NCBI RefSeq assembly: GCF_009914755.1
Contig: NC_060948.1
Direction: 5' to 3' (one strand)
Origin: the human T2T-CHM13v2.0 reference genome, Homo sapiens
DNA: 64,000 nucleotides
Every line of letters begins with the position of its first letter. Positions within the stretch are counted from its first letter, which is position 1. Below the pieces are notes generated by a model, which saw only the letters and a program-made list of their open reading frames with translations, ran no database searches and had not been told where the DNA came from. Position numbers and translations under genes: made by a program. Positions 56,512 to 64,000 of the stretch are shown in pieces.

Positions 56512-59500
56512 AATTCACTTATGTTTCTAAAGTAAGTTAGAAGTGTCAAAGTTACCTTTATTTCTGGGGTCCATATACAGGAGTCATTATACCAGTAAGT
56601 TGTGCCTAGGTATATGTCACAACTTACTCTGTGGTAATGAAACAGACATGACATCTAAGTCACCTAAATGCTGAACCAGAAATTTTCCAGTACTTTTCTT
56701 GTAGACATGTTCCTGGCAGAAAACTTGTGTAACTTGAGGGTTACTCCCAGATGTATGGCATAATGCCCCTTGTGGGCAGTGTCTAGAAAGAAGAGGAGTC
56801 TCATATCACTTAAATAATAGGCCAGAGATGTGTCACGATGTGTCCCATTGAAAGGACCAGGCAAGAGAGTCATATTGTTTAGATGCAGTGCTTAGAAAAG
56901 CTATAATCCCCAGTGGAAGCAGGGTCCAGGCAGGAGAGGAGAGTCAGGTAACTAGATGGTGGGTCCAGAGACATGTTATAGTCTTTCCTTAGGATGTTAT
57001 TAAGACAGGAGAGTAAATCACAAAGGTGCTCACCAGAGGTATGTTTCCAAAACTCATTTGTGGGCTACACCTAGGCAGGATTATTAAAGCTAGGCAAAGG
57101 TATATATAACAATAATACTGGTTGAAATTTCCAGGAATGGGAGTCACCATCTTGCCGATGACCTGGGTCCATGTTTAAGAGTCATGATTAGTCCTTTTGT
57201 CTGGTATCAGGTATATGGCGCAATATCACCTGTAAGCAGAGAGCAAGCAGGAAGATCACATCACCTTGGTGGGTACTGGTCCCGTGATATGCAGCAATCT
57301 TTCTTGTAAGCAGGACCTTGGAAAGGGAGTCACATTACCTGCAAGCTGGTTTTAGTGATATATCAAAATCCCCTATGTGGGTAGGACTTAGGTAGGTGAG
57401 GAGACCATCTTCACCTAGCCAACTATCTTAGACATATGTCACACTGGTTGCTATCTGCAAAACCAAGGTACAAAAGTGACCTCACCTTGGTGTTGGGTTT
57501 AGCAATATCACAATCTCCCCTTTGGTCAGGGTGATGTAAGACAGGAGAAACATCACCTAGGTGCTGAGTTAAGTGATACGTTACAAAGCTTTCTGTTGGC
57601 AGAACCCAAAATGGAGAGTCACATCACCTGGGTGCAGTGTCCAGTTATGTGTCACAATGCAGTGTAAGTCCAGGGGCATGGCAGTAGAAGGGAGTCACAT
57701 CACTTACATGATGAATGTAGATATAAGCCATAATGCCTTTTATAGGCAGGTATAAGGCAAATAATTCACATTACATGAGTGCTGGTCCCAGTAATATGTA
57801 AAATTTCCCTTTATATGCACACCCAGGCACCTACGCTTAGGTGTACGATGGTCAAATTATTCAAGCACTCAGCTAACTTTTATGTCCTAATTACATGCTA
57901 GGAAATATTTAGAAATAAGTTTCCCAGTACCACACAAGTCCTGGATTTGTGTATGTGAATCAACACTTCCTGTGAGTTGGGTCAAAGCAGAGGAGTCACA
58001 GTCTTATCAATGGTCAAGATTCATGCATAAGATGCCCAATTTTACTTGAAGATTGTGTTCCAATAGAGGAGTCACAACCCCACAGGTGTGCTGAATCATG
58101 CATCACCAAACTAACCATATAGGAGAGGAGCAATTTTAACCTTTGACTGCTCTGTTTATGAGGTTTAACACCTTATTTCTAGGCCCTGTTCTTGTGAGAG
58201 AATGAATACTGGATCAGCTGGCTGCACATTCAAGAGTCACAATCGTACCTCTTTCCTGTTCCCTGTTATAACACTGTTTTTACCATTCAGACTTTATATA
58301 CTATGTCAGAGTGTCATAATCCTCTGTGAAATTTAGGCCATTGGGAGACATAGTACTTTACTTGTGGCTATAAGACTGGCTATAAGAATCAAAATATCTC
58401 TCTGATTCTACGTATGACCCTTATATTTGTGCATGTGGGCTGAACCCAGTTATATGTCATAACTTAACCTGTGAGCAGAAGCAAGGGGGGAGAGTCTCAT
58501 CACCTGGATTCTGAACTCAGGATACATTGTAATCTCCTTTGCAGGCAGGGCCAAGTCAGAAGTGTCACATCACCTGGGTACTGCAGCAAGTAATATGGCA
58601 TCATGTCCACTGTAGACAGGTTTGAAGAAAAAGAGGAGAGTCACACCACCTAGGTGATGGGCTCAGCAATATATAGTAATTACCTCATTTGGCTGACTCC
58701 AGTATAAGGAGGAGAGTTGCATTACCTAGGTTTTGTACTCAGCTGTATGTCGCAATTCATTCAGTGGTCAGGGTCTAGGCAGGAGACAAGCATCACATTT
58801 CCAGATACTACTTCAAGAGATGTCATAATTTTCCTTGGGGGTAGAGCACAGGCAAAATAAAGAAATCACCTAGTTGATAGGCTCAGAGATCTGTGATAAT
58901 ATACATTTTGGGGCAAAGCCCAGGCAGAGGAGTCATATTGTTATGATTCTAAACCAATGATATATCACAATGCAAACATGGGAAAAAATTTATGCAAGTT
59001 TTAACACCTGGGTAATAGGACCAGAGATAAGACACAATCTCCTCATCTTTGAGAGTGACACCTTTAACTGTTAGCTTGGTGTGTATATGAGTCACAATGT
59101 CACATGTGTGCTGGCTCATCCTATGACACTCTCTAGAATGTCTGAGGGCTTTATATGGCTTGCATGAGAGTTGCAAACTACTCTGAGGCCCACATGCGTA
59201 TATTAAATCACAATCTCATATATTGCATTACACACAGGTACGATAGCAAACATCTCTCATTTAGGCTGATATCAGGAATCAGACTTATTTTATACCTGTG
59301 GGCTTGGTCAAAAGTGAGTCACAATCATACCTGTGGCCAGATCCATATATGAGAGCCACAATTTTATCTTTACATTATCTTCAGTTGTTAAACTCAGTAC
59401 ACCAACAGTGGGCTTGGTAAATGTGAAATAGTGATATCTTTTACTTTCACCTGGTTGTTTAATTGAGAGTCACAATCTTAACTCTGCTGGGACTTGTTTT

Positions 59501-62500
59501 GAAACTCTGTATCACCCAAATAGTTTATACAAGATAAACTAGTGCTGTAAACTTCAATGAGCTTTGTACAAATTTCCAACCCAGAATTTTACCTATTGCC
59601 CCAAGACTAGCAACAAGAGGCAAAATATCTTCTCTTGCCTGAATCCTAATATAAGTGACCATCATACCTTTAAGCTGAAGCAAGGTATATGTCATAATCC
59701 CATTTGTGGGCCAAAAAAATAGGGAAAAGAGTAACATCACATAGCTGATATGGCAATTAACATGTCACAATGTCCTCTCTAGGCAGAACCTAGGAAGAAG
59801 GCTTACATTAACTGGGTGCTGGAACAGGTAATATTACAGAATTCTGCATATGAAAAAACTTAGCAAAGGGGTAAGAGCCAAAACACCTACGGAATAAACA
59901 AAAGATATGTCAGAATACTTCCTGTGGCTCTGTCATGTAATATTACAGAATTCCACATATGAAAAATCTTAGCAAAGGGGTAAGAGCCAAAACACCTACA
60001 GAATAAACCAAAGATATATCAAAATACTTCCTGTGGCTCTGTCACAGGCATGACAGTAGCATCATCAGGGTGATTGGCCCACCATCTGCAATAATTTTCT
60101 CTTTATTCACTTTGGCAAAAAAGTAACATCATCTGAGTCCAATAGGTCATAATTTCTTTCTGGTCATGGTTCAGAAAAAAGAATAGAGTCACACGATGTT
60201 AATGTTGGGCTCAGCAATATGTCACAATCCTGCCATTTTAAAGGCCCTGGCAGAAGAGAGTCATATTACTTAGGTCATGGGCTCAGAGATGTATCCCAAT
60301 GTCCCTAGTAGGCAGGGCTCAGGTGGTCAAGGAGATTCATATCACATGCATGTTTCCCACGGAATATGTCACAGTGTAACAAGTGGGCAGAAAATAGACA
60401 GGAGAGCCACATCACTTGGGTACTGCATCCTGAGATATTTCACAAGTCTCTCTTAGGACATCAACCAGACAGTGGAGTTACATCACCTACATGCAGTTTC
60501 TCGGCTTATGCCACATTGCTCCATGTGGGTGGTATCAAAGGAGGAAGTCACTTTACCAAGGTGATAGGGCCAAAGATATGTCACAATGTCCTCTATGAAG
60601 CATAGCCCTGGCAAAAGAGTACCATCACCTCTGTGCCTGGCCTTGAAATATGTCATGCTCCAAGTTGGCAGTGCCCAAGCAGGAGAGCCACATAACCAGA
60701 GATATTTCAAAATCCTCTCTTTTGGGCATGGCTTTGGCAAAAGGGTAGCCTCACCTGTTTTCTTGGCCTTGAATCATGTCACTACCTTTTCTTTGTTCAA
60801 GGCCCATTCCAGAGAGAAGAGTTACATTGCTTATGAGGTGGACACAGAAATATTTCACAATAATTTTGTTGGGTGTGCTGCAGGCAAGAATGTAATATAA
60901 CATGGGTGCTAGATCCAGTGATATATCACCATTCTTACTGTTAAGAGGGTCCAGACAGGAGAGTAATATCACTTTGAGGTAGGACTAGGTAGATATCACA
61001 ACCCCATATATGGACTGGAAGCATTCTGGAGAGTCGAATTACACAGGTTGTTGAAAAAAATCTATAAAACATTCGCACTGTCAGAAAATTCCAAAGATGA
61101 GATTTAGAATACTACACATGACCTGTTTTCACGTGTGACAATGGCATCATCCATGTGAGATGATGACAATCCTTACTATCAGCTGGGTGTGCAAAGAAGA
61201 CTCACAATTTCACCTATGTGCTGAGCCCTGCTTTGACTCAGTCTGTATAAGCCAAAGACTTAGTAAAATATGTGTGAGTGTTATAAACATTTCTGATGTT
61301 TGCACAAGAAGCTGATGCAGGATGTCATGCCTGTCTCTAAACATACTTATGAGAGTATGTTTAGATACTTTTGAGAGTATGTTTAGATAATAGGGGATAC
61401 TTATGGGAGTATCCCCTATTAGCTGAGTCCACATATAAGAGTCATTATCATTGCTGTGACCTGTGCCTAAGTATATGTTACAATTCCCTCTGTGGTTATG
61501 AAGCAGGAAGAATGACCACATCACATAAATGCTGGGCCAGAAATATTCCAATATTGTCTTTGTACTAAGTATCCTGTCAGAAATGTCACATACCTTGTGT
61601 GTTAGGTCTAGCTCTGTGGCACAATGTCCCTTGTAGGCAGTGTCCAGGGAGAAGAGGAGAGTCATATCACATAAATGATGGGCTCCATAATATGTCACAA
61701 TGCCTCCTGTTGTCAAAGCCAACAGGCAAGGTATTAATATTATTTGGATGCAGTGTTTAGAAAAGCTACAATTACCAAAGAAAGCAGGGTACAGACAGAA
61801 GAGGAGAGTCATGTAACCTAAATTCTAGATCCAGAAATATGTTACAATACCCCCAAGGACATTTTTAAGATAGCACAGTGAAATCATCAAGGTACTTGGC
61901 TCAAGTATTTGTTAAAATCTCATCTGTGGGCTATACCTAGGCAGAATTATTAAATCACTCAGGAGCTGGGCAAAGTTGTAAGTCACAATTAGACTTGTGG
62001 GAAGGTGTAAGAATAAGAGTCACCACACTGAATATTAGGTTTGGTTATGTTCTCAGGTATATGGCACAATATCACCTGTAGCCAGAGAGAAGGCAAGAAA
62101 GTCACATCAACTATGTATGTGTGGGTCCAGTAAAATGTCACAATACACTTTGTGGTAGGACCCTGGCAGAAGAGCCATATCATCTGGATGCTGCTTTCAG
62201 TGATATATCAAAATCCACTATGAGGGCAGGACTTTGGAAAGAAAGGAGACTCACTTAGCCTAGGCAACTGACCCAAGTATACGTCACAATGGCCCTTATA
62301 TGCAGTACCAAGTCTGGAGAGTGACCTTAACTACATGCTGTGTGCAGCAGTACATCACTATTTCCCTGTGGTCAGGACCCAGGAAAAATTGAAGAAGCAT
62401 CACCTAGGTGCTGAGCCAAATGATATGTTCCAATTCTTCCTGTTTGCAGAGCTCAAAAACAAGAATCTCATCACCTGGGTGCAGTACCCAGTTATGTGTC

Positions 62501-64000
62501 ATATAGCAGTGTAAGTGCAGGGCCAAGGCAGTAGAAGGGACTCACATAACTTATGTGATATGCCTAGATTTAAGACACAATTCTCCTTGTAGGCAGTTTT
62601 CAGGCAGATAACTTACATCACTTGGGTGATTGTCCCAGTGACATATAAAAGTGCCCTTTGCAATGGGAGCTCTGGAAGCTGTTATATACGGCACGTAAGG
62701 AATATATATGGTACAATTTAATCTGTGGCCTAGGAGTAGAAAAGAGTCAGATTATTCATATGCTAGGCAAAGTTGCCTCTCCTTTTTATGTTCTCAGAAA
62801 GATTTGGAAATAAGTTTCACATCCCACAAAAGTATTTCTTCTGTGTATGTGATTCAATTTTTTCTGTGACTTGGGTTGAAGTAGAGGAGTCGCAATCTCA
62901 ACAATGAGCAAGATGCATGTACAAGAGCCCCAATCACACTTGAAGATGGTTTTCCAGTAAGGGAGTCACAGCACTACAGGCATGTTGAATCATGGTTCAT
63001 ATGTTACTAAGTCACCTGTGAATGAGATCCACATATGAGAGTAATTATTTCAATCTTTCACTGCTTTTTATGTGTGAGATTTAGTACCTCATTCCTAGGC
63101 CCTGTTCATGTGTAAGAATGTCAATTGTGTCAGCTAAGTGTGCATGCAAGGGTCACATTGTCACCGCGTTGCTGGTTTCTGTTATTACACTCTTTGCATC
63201 ATTAAGGTTTTATATGATATACCTGAGTGTTATAATCCTTCATGAAATTTATACTAGTGAAAAATACAGGACTTTACCCATTGCCATAAGACTGGCTGTG
63301 AGAGTCTCTACTGGATTGGGCCAGGTATGAGAATTATTATTGTGCATGTGTGCTTAAACCACATATATGTCACAACTGGACCTGTGAGCAGAAAAAAAGT
63401 CAGGAGAGTCACATTACCTTGGTGCTGAGCCAGTTATATAGTATAATCTTATTTGTAGGCTGGGACCAATCAGAAGAGTCACATCACTTCACCTGGGTGC
63501 TGAGCCAGTGAAAGAGTGTATACTCATTTTTTGGCTTGGCCTAGTCAGAAGAGTCACATCACCTGGGTACAGCCTAAAATAGTATGTCACCAAGCCCATT
63601 GTGGACAGGAAAGAAGAAAATGAGGAATGTCCCACAACCTAGGTACTGAGCTCTGCAATATGTAATAATCTCTTCTCTTGAAAGAGTCTAGAATATGAAG
63701 GAGATCTACATCACCTAGGTATTGCAATCAGCAGTATGTCACAACTTCTATGGTGAGCAGGGCTCAGGCAGGAGAGGATAGTCAGATTTTCTAATTATTA
63801 AGTAAACTGATATTTCACAATGTCTTCTGGGGGCAGGGCACAAATAGGAGAGAAAAATCACCTAGCTTATGGGCCCAGAGATATGTGATAATATTCCCTG
63901 TTTTCAGGGTCAAGGTAGAAGAGTCACATTATTATAATTCTAACCCAGGGATATGTCACAATGAATCCATGGGAAGGAATTTAAGGCAAAAATCTCAACA

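Larger units (their letters stand above)
53860..64000 (+). repeat. Complex beta-satellite array, right part; continues past the window end
   Basis: Same monomers and spacer modules, resuming in register after the TSD. Confidence 0.88.

Noticed and set aside
9488-63330. Dozens of 60-200-aa ORFs in the array with recurring peptides (ESHIT, ICHN, MSQ), including 61210..61812 (200 aa)
   Set aside because: These are translations of satellite motifs. Frames are not preserved between units and no domain is recognisable.
9020-64000. CRISPR-like alternation of conserved motifs and variable sequence
   Set aside because: The variable parts are homologous to each other, the motifs are degenerate, there are no cas genes, and the context is primate (Alu, L1). 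It is beta satellite.

Overview
Primate (human-like) genomic DNA with no intact protein-coding gene and nothing prokaryotic. 1-9010 holds three old Alus, a 3'-truncated old L1P (long 5'UTR, decayed ORF1, start of ORF2), fragmented L1M, and the orphan last exon of a KRAB zinc-finger pseudogene resembling ZNF736 (minus strand, several frameshifts). From ~9020 to the window end runs a diverged complex beta-satellite (BSR) array: ~70-bp monomers alternate with non-monomer spacer modules to give a ~4.8-kb higher-order unit, which is further duplicated, deleted and recombined (offsets of ~10.3 kb and ~30 kb). Inserted in the array are a truncated LTR22-like (HML-5) LTR at a deletion junction, a full-length dead betaretrovirus-like provirus (44547-53859, minus strand, 879-bp LTRs resembling MER11D/HML-7, 6-bp TSD, gag-pro-pol-env), and an Alu whose tail became a compound (CTTT)n microsatellite. 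The combination suggests a Y-linked ZNF736-pseudogene/beta-satellite region, which is inference and was not verified. I found no convincing new biological system. The most interesting signals are the nested architecture of the array and the repair and recombination scars within it. Repeat family names come from remembered consensus sequences, and all alignments were done by eye.
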